A stretch of DNA of 51,754 bases from a virus (taxonomy: Duplodnaviria; Heunggongvirae; Uroviricota; Caudoviricetes), in the IMG/VR virus record IMGVR_UViG_2861038214_000004. The stretch is one strand, 5' to 3'. The notes under the pieces were generated by a model, which ran no database searches, was not told the origin of the DNA, and was given only the letters and a program-made list of their open reading frames with translations. Position numbers and translations under genes: made by a program. Positions 42,395 through 51,754 of the stretch are shown one piece after another (position 1 is the stretch's first letter; every line of letters starts with the position of its first letter).

Positions 42395-42600
42395 AACACA
42401 TAACAAATTGTATTTATTGAAAAATAAATAGATGCAACCCACTAAACCACGCAATTCTGATCTCTCCTTACATCGCCGAGGCAATACATCCACGCTAAAA
42501 AACAACACTATTAAATACAAAGCGTTATAAAAAACCACGCCAACTTACAACAAATTGTATTGATCTTGTAAAGTACATATCGTACTATTTAACCGTCAGC
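42395..42600 (+). promoter_or_regulatory. OL/pL region: repeated operator-like motifs and candidate pL (-35 TTGATC 42560..42565, -10 TACTAT 42583..42588)
   Basis: 13-bp AACAAATTGTATT present twice (42402..42414, 42550..42562); palindrome AGTAC-ATATC-GTACT at 42572..42586. Confidence 0.45.
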
Positions 42601-42633
42601 AGGACGCTGGAAGCCAAATGGAACAGACTGGCA

Positions 42634-42679
42634 GGCTCTTTAAACAACGTCGACTCTCGACTACGTGGCTGAAAAGCCA
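42634..42679 (+). promoter_or_regulatory. nutL: candidate nutL: boxA-like GGCTCTTTAAACAA and boxB-like hairpin TGGCT-GAAA-AGCCA
   Basis: Downstream of candidate pL and ~100 nt upstream of N; boxA and boxB loop match the nutR candidate. Confidence 0.5.
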
Positions 42680-42777
42680 GATCACCCAACCACATAAGCT
42701 GTGGGATGCAATGCCGAAGCAACCGTCTCAGGAGGAGCTTCGAGATTGCATCGCCAAAGTTTATTCGGGAGGAATCC

Positions 42778-43050
42778 ATGTCCAGAAAAACAGAATTTAA
42801 AGGCACCGCAGCTTCTCGCCGTAGAGCTCGTCGCGCAAATCTGCAAAGTCAGGAGGCGATCAGCTCCGACAAGCTACACAGGCCAACCCCTTCACGAGTG
42901 GTCTTGCAATGCAAGCGCAAACCAGCAATGAGAGCAGAAGTGATAACTCTGACAACGTTGACCAGAAAATATGAAGGTTCAACTTGTCTTCCGAACGTAG
43001 CTCTTTACGCGGCAGGCTACCGGAAATCAAAACAACTGACGGCGAGATGA
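42778..43050 (+). CDS. N: N-type antiterminator (not lambda N), 90 aa with N-terminal arginine-rich motif
   Basis: MSRKTEFKGTAASRRRARRANLQ arginine-rich motif; GGGAGG RBS; position between pL/nutL and sieB/ral. Confidence 0.65.
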   Translation: MSRKTEFKGTAASRRRARRANLQSQEAISSDKLHRPTPSRVVLQCKRKPAMRAEVITLTTLTRKYEGSTCLPNVALYAAGYRKSKQLTAR

Positions 43051-43066
43051 TAAATTCATTTGCTAA

Positions 43067-43648
43067 TTACTTGTTTTTGCCATGCTTATCCTGAGCGATA
43101 AGTTCATCCATAAGGCTGTCTGCCTTCCCGGCAAACCGAATGTAGCACTCATTTCTATAGCGTTCCGGGATAACAAAACGGTCGATTTCAGGATATCCAG
43201 TAGCAGAAGGTATCCGAATAAGAAGCCCTTTTTCGAGCAATGAGATTGCTTCAGGGCTTCCCTTTTCTGTCTTTAGCTGGTTATTCGCGGCTACAGCGAA
43301 TGCCAAATACGCTCTTTCTCCAAGAGTTAACGAATCAAACAAATCTTGCACATATTTTTCTTCTTTAGATTTGCGCTTCTGAGCAGCGGATACCTCAATT
43401 CTTTCAGTCACAGCGTGATAAGCGGAATTAACAACACCGTTAAGCACATAGCTAACGCAGAACAACAGGATGTAATACATCCAATAATAAGGAAGGATTT
43501 CTGGATTATGCAGGTTTATCCATTCTTTTACGCTTACCGGCATAACAATAATCAATATGATCAGGATGATTAGCATATGAATCAACTGTTTAAGTGTCAT
43601 TCCTTGCAGGAAAAAATGCATTAGTTCCTGCCACCATGAGTTGTTCAT
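43067..43648 (-). CDS. sieB: superinfection exclusion protein SieB
   Basis: 193 aa with N-terminal TM segments; matches lambda SieB from recall. Confidence 0.85.
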   Translation of the reverse strand: MNNSWWQELMHFFLQGMTLKQLIHMLIILIILIIVMPVSVKEWINLHNPEILPYYWMYYILLFCVSYVLNGVVNSAYHAVTERIEVSAAQKRKSKEEKYVQDLFDSLTLGERAYLAFAVAANNQLKTEKGSPEAISLLEKGLLIRIPSATGYPEIDRFVIPERYRNECYIRFAGKADSLMDELIAQDKHGKNK

Positions 43649-43791
43649 CGGCGTTTCTCTTTTGCTCTCTGTAGGGGTGAATAGAGTTTATCCGATTTCT
43701 CGCTGTAGGGGTACACGAGAACCACCGAGCCTGATGTGGTTAAAAGACAGGCACAATCTTTACTACCGCAATCCACTATTTAAGGTGATAT

Positions 43792-43878
43792 ATGGAAGAA
43801 GAATTTGAAGAGTTCGAAGAGCATCCTCAGGATGTGATGGAACAATACCAGGACTATCCGTATGACTACGACTATTGA
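43792..43878 (+). CDS. small acidic ORF (lambda orf28-like), 28 aa
   Basis: Hand translation MEEEFEEFEEHPQDVMEQYQDYPYDYDY; overlaps ral start. Confidence 0.5.
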   Translation: MEEEFEEFEEHPQDVMEQYQDYPYDYDY

Positions 43879-44062
43879 TAAAAATCAATGGTGTGGACAA
43901 TTCAAGCGATGCAATGGATGCAAGCTGCAATCGGAATGCATGGTTAAGCCTGAAGAAATGTTTCCTGTAATGGAAGATGGGAAATATGTCGATAAATGGG
44001 CAATACGAACGACGGCAATGATTGCCAGAGAACTTGGTAAACAGAACAACAAAGCTGCCTGA
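43862..44062 (+). CDS. ral: restriction alleviation protein Ral
   Basis: 66 aa, matches lambda Ral. Confidence 0.9.
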   Translation: MTTTIDKNQWCGQFKRCNGCKLQSECMVKPEEMFPVMEDGKYVDKWAIRTTAMIARELGKQNNKAA

Positions 44063-44198
44063 TAGTGGCCTTTATTTTTGGCATAAATAACAGAATAAAC
44101 ACTGCACTGTGTATTCATTCCAACGAGTGAATACACGGAGCAATGTCGCTCGTAACTAAACAGGAGCCGACTTGTTCTGATTATTGGAAATCTTCTTT

Positions 44199-44225
44199 GC
44201 CCTCCAATGTGAGGGCGATTTTTTA
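44199..44225 (+). terminator. intrinsic terminator upstream of ea10 (tL2-type)
   Basis: gccctc / gagggc stem followed by GATTTTTT. Confidence 0.5.
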
Positions 44226-44244
44226 TCTGTGAGGATATGAACAG

Positions 44245-44613
44245 ATGTCAAACATCAAAAAATACATCATTGATTACGACTGGAAAGCATCAATAGAAAT
44301 TGAAATCGACCATGACGTAATGACAGAGGAAAAACTTCACCAGATTAATAATTTCTGGTCAGACTCTGAATACCGACTCAATAAACACGGCTCTTTATTA
44401 AATGCTGTATTAATCATGCTGGCGCAACATGCTCTGCTTATAGCAATTTCGAAAGACTTAAATGCATATGGTGTTGTGTGTGAGTTCGACTGGGATGATG
44501 GAAATGGTCAGGAAGGATGGCCTCCAATGGATGGTAGCGAAGGAATAAGAATTACCGATATCGATACATCAGGAATATTTGATTCAGATGATATGACTAT
44601 CAAAGCCGCCTGA
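44245..44613 (+). CDS. ea10: Ea10 (single-strand DNA-binding-like early protein)
   Basis: 122 aa, matches lambda Ea10. Confidence 0.85.
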   Translation: MSNIKKYIIDYDWKASIEIEIDHDVMTEEKLHQINNFWSDSEYRLNKHGSLLNAVLIMLAQHALLIAISKDLNAYGVVCEFDWDDGNGQEGWPPMDGSEGIRITDIDTSGIFDSDDMTIKAA

Positions 44614-44685
44614 GCGCTGCGTTACCGCATACCAATAACGCTTCACTCGAGGCGTTTTTCGTTATGTATAAATAAGGAGCACACC

Positions 44686-44850
44686 ATGCAATATGCCATT
44701 GCAGGGTGGCCTGTTGCTGGCTGCCCTTCCGAATCTTTACTTGAACGAATCACCCGTAAATTACGTGACGGATGGAAACGCCTTATCGACATACTTAATC
44801 AGCCAGGAGTCCCAAAAAATGGATCAAACACTTATGGCTATCCAGACTAA
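44686..44850 (+). CDS. cIII: CIII, FtsH inhibitor
   Basis: Hand translation [54 protein letters not shown] (54 aa) matches lambda CIII; AAGGAG RBS. Confidence 0.9.
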   Translation: MQYAIAGWPVAGCPSESLLERITRKLRDGWKRLIDILNQPGVPKNGSNTYGYPD

Positions 44851-44962
44851 ATTCACTATCGCCACTTTTATTGGCGATGAAAAGATGTTTCGTGAGGCCG
44901 TCGACGCTTATAAAAAATGGATATTAATACTGAAACTGAGATCAAGCAAAAGCATTCACTAA
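44819..44962 (+). CDS. kil: Kil
   Basis: 47 aa [12 protein letters not shown]... matches lambda Kil; overlaps cIII and gam. Confidence 0.85.
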   Translation: MDQTLMAIQTKFTIATFIGDEKMFREAVDAYKKWILILKLRSSKSIH

Positions 44963-45333
44963 CCCCCTTTCCTGTTTTCCTAATCAGCCCGGCATTTCGC
45001 GGGCGATATTTTCACAGCTATTTCAGGAGTTCAGCCATGAACGCTTATTACATTCAGGATCGTCTTGAGGCTCAGAGCTGGGCGCGTCACTACCAGCAGC
45101 TCGCCCGTGAAGAGAAAGAGGCAGAACTGGCAGACGACATGGAAAAAGGCCTGCCCCAGCATTTGTTTGAATCGCTCTGCATCGATCATTTACAACGCTG
45201 CGGGGCCAGCAAAAAAGCCATTACCCGTGCATTTGATGACGATGTTGAGTTTCAGGAGCGCATGGCAGAACACATCCGGTACATGGTTGAAACCATTGCT
45301 CACCATCAGGTTGATATTGATTCAGAGGTATAA
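44917..45333 (+). CDS. gam: Gam, RecBCD inhibitor
   Basis: 138 aa, matches lambda Gam. Confidence 0.95.
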   Translation: MDINTETEIKQKHSLTPFPVFLISPAFRGRYFHSYFRSSAMNAYYIQDRLEAQSWARHYQQLAREEKEAELADDMEKGLPQHLFESLCIDHLQRCGASKKAITRAFDDDVEFQERMAEHIRYMVETIAHHQVDIDSEV

Positions 45334-45338
45334 AACGG

Positions 45339-46124
45339 ATGAGTACAGCACTCGCAACGCTGGCTGGGAAGCTGGCTGAACGTGTCGGCATGGATTCTGT
45401 CGACCCACAGGAACTGATCACCACTCTTCGCCAGACGGCATTTAAAGGTGATGCCAGCGATGCGCAGTTCATCGCATTGTTGATCGTCGCCAACCAGTAC
45501 GGCCTTAATCCGTGGACGAAAGAAATTTACGCCTTCCCTGATAAGCAGAACGGCATCGTTCCGGTGGTGGGCGTTGATGGCTGGTCCCGCATCATCAATG
45601 AAAACCAGCAGTTTGATGGCATGGACTTTGAGCAGGACAATGAATCCTGTACATGCCGGATTTACCGCAAGGACCGTAATCATCCGATCTGCGTTACCGA
45701 GTGGATGGATGAATGCCGCCGCGAACCATTCAAAACCCGTGAAGGCAGAGAAATCACGGGGCCGTGGCAGTCGCATCCTAAACGGATGTTACGGCATAAA
45801 GCCATGATTCAGTGTGCCCGTCTCGCCTTCGGATTTGCTGGTATCTATGACAAGGATGAAGCCGAGCGCATTGTCGAAAATACCGCATACACTGCAGAAC
45901 GTCAGCCGGAACGCGACATCACTCCGGTTAACGATGAAACCATGCAGGAGATTAACACTCTGCTGATTGCCCTGGACAAAACATGGGATGACGACTTATT
46001 GCCGCTCTGTTCCCAGATATTTCGCCGCGACATTCGCGCATCGTCGGAACTGACACAGGCCGAAGCAGTGAAAGCTCTTGGATTCCTGAAACAGAAAGCC
46101 TCTGAACAGAAGGTGGCTGCATGA
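45339..46124 (+). CDS. bet: Bet (Red-beta single-strand annealing protein)
   Basis: 261 aa, matches lambda Bet. Confidence 0.95.
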   Translation: MSTALATLAGKLAERVGMDSVDPQELITTLRQTAFKGDASDAQFIALLIVANQYGLNPWTKEIYAFPDKQNGIVPVVGVDGWSRIINENQQFDGMDFEQDNESCTCRIYRKDRNHPICVTEWMDECRREPFKTREGREITGPWQSHPKRMLRHKAMIQCARLAFGFAGIYDKDEAERIVENTAYTAERQPERDITPVNDETMQEINTLLIALDKTWDDDLLPLCSQIFRRDIRASSELTQAEAVKALGFLKQKASEQKVAA

Positions 46125-46801
46125 CACCGGACATTATCCTGCAGCGTACCGGGATCGATGTGAGAGCTGTCGAACAAGGGGATGATGCGTGGCACAAATT
46201 ACGGCTCGGCGTCATCACCGCTTCAGAAGTTCACAACGTGATAGCAAAACCCCGCTCCGGAAAGAAGTGGCCTGACATGAAAATGTCCTACTTCCACACC
46301 CTGCTGGCTGAGGTTTGCACCGGTGTGGCTACGGAAGTTAATGCTAAGGCGCTGGCATGGGGAAAACAGTACGAGAACGACGCCAGAACCCTGTTTGAGT
46401 TCACTTCCGGCGTGAATGTTATTGAATCCCCGATCATCTATCGCGACGAAAGTATGCGTACCGCCTGCTCTCCCGATGGTTTATGCAGTGACGGCAATGG
46501 CCTTGAGCTGAAATGCCCGTTTACCTCCCGGGATTTCATGAAGTTCCGGCTCGGTGGTTTCGAGGCCATAAAGTCGGCTTACATGGCCCAGGTGCAGTAC
46601 AGCATGTGGGTGACACGAAAAGATGCCTGGTACTTTGCCAACTATGACCCGCGGATGAAGCGTGAAGGACTGCATTATGTCGTGGTTGAGCGGGATGAAA
46701 AGTACATGGCGAGTTTTGACGAGATGGTGCCGGAGTTCATCGAAAAAATGGACGAGGCACTGGCTGAAATTGGTTTTGTATTTGGGGAGCAATGGCGATG
46801 A
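46121..46801 (+). CDS. exo: Exo (lambda exonuclease)
   Basis: 226 aa, matches lambda Exo. Confidence 0.95.
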   Translation: MTPDIILQRTGIDVRAVEQGDDAWHKLRLGVITASEVHNVIAKPRSGKKWPDMKMSYFHTLLAEVCTGVATEVNAKALAWGKQYENDARTLFEFTSGVNVIESPIIYRDESMRTACSPDGLCSDGNGLELKCPFTSRDFMKFRLGGFEAIKSAYMAQVQYSMWVTRKDAWYFANYDPRMKREGLHYVVVERDEKYMASFDEMVPEFIEKMDEALAEIGFVFGEQWR

Positions 46802-46980
46802 AGCATCCTCACGATAATATCCGGGTAGGCGCGATCACTTTCGTCTACTCCGTTACAAAGCGAGGCTGGGTATTTCCCGGCCTTTCCGTTACCCGAAATC
46901 CCCTGAAAGCACAGCGGCTGGCTGAGGAGATAAATAATAAACGGGGAGCTGTATGCACAAAGCATCTCCTGTTGAGTTAA
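46792..46980 (+). CDS. lambda orf60a-like protein
   Basis: 62-aa ORF in the position of lambda orf60a downstream of exo. Confidence 0.7.
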   Translation: MAMKHPHDNIRVGAITFVYSVTKRGWVFPGLSVTRNPLKAQRLAEEINNKRGAVCTKHLLLS

Positions 46981-47144
46981 GAACGAGCATTGAGATGGCA
47001 CATAGCCTCGCTCAAATTGGAGTCAGGTTTGTGCCAATACCAGTAGAAACAGACGAAGAATTTCATACGTTAGCCGCATCCCTTTCACAAAAGCTGGAAA
47101 TGATGGTGGCGAAAGCAGAAGCAGATGAGAGAGACCAGGTATGA
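46953..47144 (+). CDS. lambda orf63-like protein
   Basis: 63-aa ORF in the position of lambda orf63. Confidence 0.7.
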   Translation: MHKASPVELRTSIEMAHSLAQIGVRFVPIPVETDEEFHTLAASLSQKLEMMVAKAEADERDQV

Positions 47145-47224
47145 CAACCACTGAATGCATTTTTCTGGCAGCGGGCTTCATATTCTGTGTGCTTATGCTT
47201 GCCGACATGGGACTTGTTCAATGA
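47141..47224 (+). CDS. 27-aa hydrophobic micro-ORF translationally coupled between flanking ORFs
   Basis: Hand translation MTTTECIFLAAGFIFCVLMLADMGLVQ; ATGA overlaps at both ends; below ORF-track cutoff. Confidence 0.35.
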   Translation: MTTTECIFLAAGFIFCVLMLADMGLVQ

Positions 47225-47436
47225 CACCTCAGCAGGAAAACGCCCTTCGCAGCATTGCCCGTCAGGCTAATTCTGAAATCAAAAAAGCCAGACAGCAGTT
47301 TCCGGATAAAAACGTCGATGACATTTGCCGTAGCGTACTGAAGAAGCACCGCGAAACGGTAACGCTGATGGGATTCACACCGACTCATTTAAGCCTGGCG
47401 ATCGGCATGTTAAACGGCGTCTTTAAGGAACGGTGA
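47221..47436 (+). CDS. lambda orf61-like protein
   Basis: Start at MTPQQENALRS coupled (ATGA) to the upstream micro-ORF; track ORF starts at 47155. Confidence 0.6.
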   Translation: MTPQQENALRSIARQANSEIKKARQQFPDKNVDDICRSVLKKHRETVTLMGFTPTHLSLAIGMLNGVFKER

Positions 47437-47534
47437 GCATGAAAAACAAAATCATCATGGAGCTACAGGCTCCTTTTTTATTATTCGCATTCACCCTCAA
47501 GCGTATTAACCAACAATTCAGGGATTAATGAAAG

Positions 47535-47756
47535 ATGGCAGACATCATTGATTCAGCATCAGAAATTGAAGAATTACAGCGCAACACAGCAATAAAAATG
47601 CGCCGCCTGAACCACCAGGCTATATCTGCCACTCATTGTTGTGAGTGTGGCGATCCGATAGATGAACGAAGACGCCTGGTCGTTCAGGGTTGTCGGACTT
47701 GTGCAAGTTGCCAGGAGGATCTGGAACTTATCAGTAAACAGAGAGGTTCGAAGTGA
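47535..47756 (+). CDS. TraR/DksA-family C4 zinc-finger protein (lambda Orf73-like)
   Basis: CxxC-17-CxxC motif (CCECG...GCRTCASC); 73 aa. Confidence 0.75.
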   Translation: MADIIDSASEIEELQRNTAIKMRRLNHQAISATHCCECGDPIDERRRLVVQGCRTCASCQEDLELISKQRGSK

Positions 47757-48301
47757 GCGAAATTAACTCTCAGGCACTGCGTGAAGCGGCAGAGCAGGCA
47801 ATGCATGACGACTGGGGATTTGACGCAGACCTTTTCCATGAATTGGTAACACCATCGATTGTGCTGGAACTGCTGGATGAACGGGAAAGAAACCAGCAAT
47901 ACATCAAACGCCGCGACCAGGAGAACGAGGATATTGCGCTAACAGTAGGGAAACTGCGTGTTGAGCTTGAAACAGCAAAATCAAAACTCAACGAGCAGCG
48001 TGAGTATTACGAAGGTGTTATCTCGGATGGGAGTAAGCGTATTGCTAAACTGGAAAGCAACGAAGTCCGTGAAGACGGAAACCAGTTTCTTGTTGTTCGC
48101 CATCCTGGGAAGACTCCTGTTATCAAGCACTGCACTGGTGACCTGGAAGAGTTTCTGCGGCAGTTAATCGAACAAGACCCGTTAGTAACTATCGACATCA
48201 CTACGCATCGCTATTACGGGGTTGGAGGTCAATGGGTTCAGGATACAGGTGAGTATCTGCATATGATGTCTGACGCTGGCATTTGCATCAAAGGAGAGTG
48301 A
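47753..48301 (+). CDS. ea22: Ea22
   Basis: 182 aa, matches lambda Ea22; GTG start overlapping upstream stop. Confidence 0.85.
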   Translation: MSEINSQALREAAEQAMHDDWGFDADLFHELVTPSIVLELLDERERNQQYIKRRDQENEDIALTVGKLRVELETAKSKLNEQREYYEGVISDGSKRIAKLESNEVREDGNQFLVVRHPGKTPVIKHCTGDLEEFLRQLIEQDPLVTIDITTHRYYGVGGQWVQDTGEYLHMMSDAGICIKGE

Positions 48302-48492
48302 GATCGGTTTTGTAAAAGATAACGCTTGTGAAAATGCTGAATTTCGCGTCGTCTTCACAGCGATGCCAGAGTCTGTAGTGTCAGATGATGACCGTACTCA
48401 AACATCGGGTTGAGTATTATCTTACTGTTTCTTTACATAAACATTGCTGATACCGTTTAGCTGAAACGACATACATTGCAAGGAGTTTATAA

Positions 48493-48774
48493 ATGCGTAT
48501 CAATGAGTTAGAGTCTGAGCAAAAAGATTGGGCGTTATCAATGTTGTGCAGATCCGGTGTCTTGTCTCCATGCAGACATCACGAAGGTGTTTATGTAGAT
48601 GAAGGTATAGATATAGAGTCGGCATACAAATATTCCATGAAGGTTTATAAGTCTAATGAAGACAAATCCCCATTCTGCAATGTGCGAGAAATGACTGATA
48701 CCGTGCAAAATTATTATCACGAGTACGGTGGAAACGATACTTGCCCTCTCTGTACAAAACATATAGATGATTAA
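48493..48774 (+). CDS. ea8.5: Ea8.5
   Basis: 93 aa, matches lambda Ea8.5. Confidence 0.85.
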   Translation: MRINELESEQKDWALSMLCRSGVLSPCRHHEGVYVDEGIDIESAYKYSMKVYKSNEDKSPFCNVREMTDTVQNYYHEYGGNDTCPLCTKHIDD

Positions 48775-48862
48775 ACCCAATATTACATAACAATCCTCGC
48801 ACTCGCGGGGATTTCTTTTATCTGAACTCGCTACGGCGAGTTTTGTTTTATGGAGATGATAA

Positions 48863-49030
48863 ATGCACTTCCGAGTCACAGGTGAATGGAATGGAGAACC
48901 ATTCAACAGAGTTATCGAAGCGGAGAACATCAACGACTGCTACGACCACTGGATGATATGGGCGCAGATAGCACATGCAGACGTAACCAATATTCGAATT
49001 GAAGAACTGAAAGAACACCAAGCCGCCTGA
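48863..49030 (+). CDS. lambda orf55-like protein
   Basis: Hand translation MHFRVTGEWNGEPFNRVIEAENINDCYDHWMIWAQIAHADVTNIRIEELKEHQAA (55 aa); below ORF-track cutoff. Confidence 0.6.
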   Translation: MHFRVTGEWNGEPFNRVIEAENINDCYDHWMIWAQIAHADVTNIRIEELKEHQAA

Positions 49031-49043
49031 TGGCGGTTTTTTC
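49022..49043 (+). terminator. intrinsic terminator upstream of xis
   Basis: gccgcc / ggcgg stem with 4-nt loop followed by TTTTTT. Confidence 0.45.
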
Positions 49044-49069
49044 TTGCGTGTAATTGCGGAGACTTTGCG

Positions 49070-49288
49070 ATGTACTTGACACTTCAGGAGTGGAACGCAC
49101 GCCAACGACGCCCAAGAAGCCTTGAAACAGTTCGTCGATGGGTACGCGAGTGCAGGATATTCCCTCCTCCGGTTAAGGATGGAAGAGAGTATCTGTTCCA
49201 CGAATCAGCGGTAAAGGTTGACTTAAATCGACCAGTAACAGGTAGCCTTTTGAAGAGGATCAGAAATGGGAAGAAGGCGAAGTCATGA
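49070..49288 (+). CDS. xis: excisionase Xis
   Basis: 72 aa, matches lambda Xis. Confidence 0.95.
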   Translation: MYLTLQEWNARQRRPRSLETVRRWVRECRIFPPPVKDGREYLFHESAVKVDLNRPVTGSLLKRIRNGKKAKS

Positions 49289-50336
49289 GCGCCGGGATTT
49301 ACCCCCTAACCTTTATATAAGAAACAATGGATATTACTGCTACAGGGACCCAAGGACGGGTAAAGAGTTTGGATTAGGCCGAGACAGGCGAATCGCAATC
49401 ACTGAAGCTATACAGGCCAACATTGAGTTATTTTCAGGACACAAACACAAGCCTCTGACAGCGAGAATCAACAGTGATAATTCCGTTACGTTACATTCAT
49501 GGCTTGATCGCTACGAAAAAATCCTGGCCAGCAGAGGAATCAAGCAGAAGACACTCATAAATTACATGAGCAAAATTAAAGCAATAAGGAGGGGTCTGCC
49601 TGATGCTCCACTTGAAGACATCACCACAAAAGAAATTGCGGCAATGCTCAATGGATACATAGACGAGGGCAAGGCGGCGTCAGCCAAGTTAATCAGATCA
49701 ACACTGAGCGATGCATTCCGAGAGGCAATAGCTGAAGGCCATATAACAACAAACCCTGTCGCTGCCACTCGCGCAGCAAAATCAGAGGTAAGGAGATCAA
49801 GACTTACGGCTGACGAATACCTGAAAATTTATCAAGCAGCAGAATCATCACCATGTTGGCTCAGACTTGCAATGGAACTGGCTGTTGTTACCGGGCAGCG
49901 AGTTGGTGATTTATGCGAAATGAAGTGGTCTGATATCGTAGATGGATATCTTTATGTCGAGCAAAGCAAAACAGGCGTAAAAATTGCCATCCCAACAACA
50001 TTGCATGTTGATGCTCTCGGGATATCAATGAAGGAAACACTTGATAAATGCAAAAAGATTCTTGGCGGAGAAACCATAATTGCATCTACTCGTCGTGAAC
50101 CGCTTTCATCCGGCACAGTATCAAGGTATTTTATGCGCGCACGAAAAGCATCAGGTCTTTCCTTCGAAGGGGATCCGCCTACCTTTCACGAGTTGCGCAG
50201 TTTGTCTGCAAGACTCTATGAGAAGCAGATAAGCGATAAGTTTGCTCAACATCTTCTCGGGCATAAGTCGGACACCATGGCATCACAGTATCGTGATGAC
50301 AGAGGCAGGGAGTGGGACAAAATTGAAATCAAATAA
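49266..50336 (+). CDS. int: integrase Int (tyrosine recombinase)
   Basis: 356 aa, matches lambda Int; 3' end 73 bp from the att core. Confidence 0.95.
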   Translation: MGRRRSHERRDLPPNLYIRNNGYYCYRDPRTGKEFGLGRDRRIAITEAIQANIELFSGHKHKPLTARINSDNSVTLHSWLDRYEKILASRGIKQKTLINYMSKIKAIRRGLPDAPLEDITTKEIAAMLNGYIDEGKAASAKLIRSTLSDAFREAIAEGHITTNPVAATRAAKSEVRRSRLTADEYLKIYQAAESSPCWLRLAMELAVVTGQRVGDLCEMKWSDIVDGYLYVEQSKTGVKIAIPTTLHVDALGISMKETLDKCKKILGGETIIASTRREPLSSGTVSRYFMRARKASGLSFEGDPPTFHELRSLSARLYEKQISDKFAQHLLGHKSDTMASQYRDDRGREWDKIEIK

Positions 50337-50409
50337 TGATTTTATTTTGACTGATAGTGACCTGTTCGTTGCAACAAATTGATAAGCAATGCTTTTTTAT
50401 AATGCCAAC
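50337..50409. other. attP P'-arm portion of attL with arm-type Int sites
   Basis: Matches rc of lambda P' arm (…AGTCACTATCAGTCAAAATAAAATC…). Confidence 0.7.
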
Positions 50410-50424
50410 TTAGTATAAAAAAGC
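50410..50424. repeat. attL: att common core on the attL side (TTAGTATAAAAAAGC)
   Basis: Exact 15-bp core identical to 567..581, with P'-arm on the int side and host sequence on the ybhC side. Confidence 0.85.
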
Positions 50425-50470
50425 AGGCTTCAACGGATTCATTTTTCTATTTCATAGCCCGGAGCAACCT

Positions 50471-51754
50471 GTGAACACATTTTCAGTTTCCCGTCTGGCG
50501 CTGGCATTGGCTTTTGGCGTGACGCTGACCGCCTGTAGCTCAACCCCGCCCGATCAACGTCCTTCTGATCAAACCGCGCCTGGTACCTCTTCTCGCCCGA
50601 TTCTGTCGGCAAAAGAAGCGCAGAATTTCGATGCTCAACACTATTTTGCATCCCTGACACCAGGTGCTGCAGCGTGGAATCCTTCCCCGATTACCCTGCC
50701 TGCGCAACCTGACTTTGTTGTCGGCCCGGCGGGCACTCAAGGTGTAACGCATACCACGATTCAGGCGGCGGTAGATGCGGCAATTATCAAGCGTACCAAC
50801 AAGCGCCAGTATATTGCCGTGATGCCTGGTGAGTATCAGGGAACGGTATATGTCCCTGCCGCTCCGGGTGGAATTACTCTGTACGGTACAGGTGAAAAAC
50901 CGATTGATGTGAAGATTGGGCTTTCCCTTGATGGTGGCATGAGCCCTGCCGACTGGCGTCACGACGTCAACCCGCGCGGCAAATATATGCCAGGTAAACC
51001 AGCGTGGTATATGTACGATAGCTGCCAGAGCAAACGCAGCGACAGTATCGGTGTTCTCTGCTCTGCGGTCTTCTGGTCACAAAACAATGGCCTGCAACTG
51101 CAAAATCTGACCATCGAAAACACGCTGGGCGATAGCGTAGATGCAGGTAACCATCCGGCGGTGGCACTGCGTACTGATGGTGACCAGGTACAGATTAACA
51201 ACGTTAACATTCTCGGTCGTCAGAACACCTTCTTTGTCACCAACAGCGGTGTGCAGAACCGTCTGGAAACGAATCGTCAGCCGCGTACGCTGGTGACCAA
51301 CAGCTACATTGAAGGGGATGTGGATATCGTTTCTGGTCGCGGCGCAGTGGTGTTCGATAACACCGAATTCCGCGTGGTGAACTCACGTACTCAGCAAGAA
51401 GCGTATGTGTTTGCACCGGCTACGCTGTCCAACATTTACTACGGTTTCCTCGCCGTAAACAGCCGTTTCAATGCTTTCGGTGATGGTGTGGCGCAACTGG
51501 GCCGCTCGCTGGATGTTGATGCCAATACCAACGGTCAGGTGGTGATCCGTGATAGCGCCATCAACGAAGGTTTTAACACGGCTAAACCGTGGGCCGATGC
51601 GGTGATCTCTAATCGTCCGTTTGCGGGTAATACCGGCAGCGTAGATGATAACGACGAAATACAGCGCAATCTGAATGACACTAACTACAACCGCATGTGG
51701 GAATACAATAACCGCGGCGTGGGTAGTAAAGTGGTTGCAGAGGCGAAGAAGTAA
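50471..51754 (+). CDS. ybhC: YbhC, outer-membrane lipoprotein with pectinesterase-like fold; host gene flanking attB-lambda
   Basis: 427-aa ORF with lipoprotein signal (LTACSS); recognised as E. coli YbhC from recall. Confidence 0.85.
   Translation: MNTFSVSRLALALAFGVTLTACSSTPPDQRPSDQTAPGTSSRPILSAKEAQNFDAQHYFASLTPGAAAWNPSPITLPAQPDFVVGPAGTQGVTHTTIQAAVDAAIIKRTNKRQYIAVMPGEYQGTVYVPAAPGGITLYGTGEKPIDVKIGLSLDGGMSPADWRHDVNPRGKYMPGKPAWYMYDSCQSKRSDSIGVLCSAVFWSQNNGLQLQNLTIENTLGDSVDAGNHPAVALRTDGDQVQINNVNILGRQNTFFVTNSGVQNRLETNRQPRTLVTNSYIEGDVDIVSGRGAVVFDNTEFRVVNSRTQQEAYVFAPATLSNIYYGFLAVNSRFNAFGDGVAQLGRSLDVDANTNGQVVIRDSAINEGFNTAKPWADAVISNRPFAGNTGSVDDNDEIQRNLNDTNYNRMWEYNNRGVGSKVVAEAKK

Noticed and set aside
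42618-42800. 60-aa ORF between the candidate pL and N
   Set aside because: Overlaps the candidate nutL boxA/boxB and the N ribosome-binding site; lambda-type phages have no gene here.
49266-50336. Possibility that this is the engineered DE3 prophage (lambda imm21 carrying T7 RNA polymerase in int)
   Set aside because: int is intact and uninterrupted, and there is no lacI, lacUV5 or T7 gene 1 sequence anywhere in the window.

Overview
The window is an E. coli chromosomal segment carrying a complete ~49.9-kb lambda-family prophage inserted at attB-lambda, between host genes ybhB (1..477) and ybhC (50471..51754). The 15-bp att common core is present at both ends (567..581 on the attR side, 50410..50424 on the attL side next to int). 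The prophage is inverted relative to the conventional lambda map: the pR-operon and late genes (cro, cII, O, P, nin, Q, lysis, cos, Nu1 to J, lom, stf) are on the minus strand; cI, N, the red/gam region, xis and int are on the plus strand. All identifications are from my own reading and recall of lambda-family proteins; no database search was run. Much of the backbone reads as near-identical to lambda (head and tail genes, cos, O/P/ren/ninB, ori iterons, oop terminator, sieB to int). Several modules are not lambda: the immunity region (cI with a heterologous N-terminal domain fused to a lambda-like C-terminal domain, a different cro, N and nut sites), the Q/nin-distal segment (DLP12-like rusA, ylcG, Q plus an adenine methyltransferase), a phage-21-type lysis cassette, a porin gene split by IS10, a different J C-terminus and Stf distal half, and the whole b region. 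The cargo most worth follow-up is: (1) two overlapping ORFs of unknown function in the rexAB slot right after cI (41034..42340); (2) a nucleotidyltransferase plus two-transmembrane-helix protein pair resembling a minimal CBASS-like (SMODS/SLATT) module (3375..4815), sitting among two recombinase 3' fragments and a tRNA-Pro 3' fragment; (3) an orphan 280-aa ORF next to attR (1139..1981); (4) a 115-aa ORF that replaces the 5' part of a ybcO-like nin gene. No CRISPR array or rRNA was seen.
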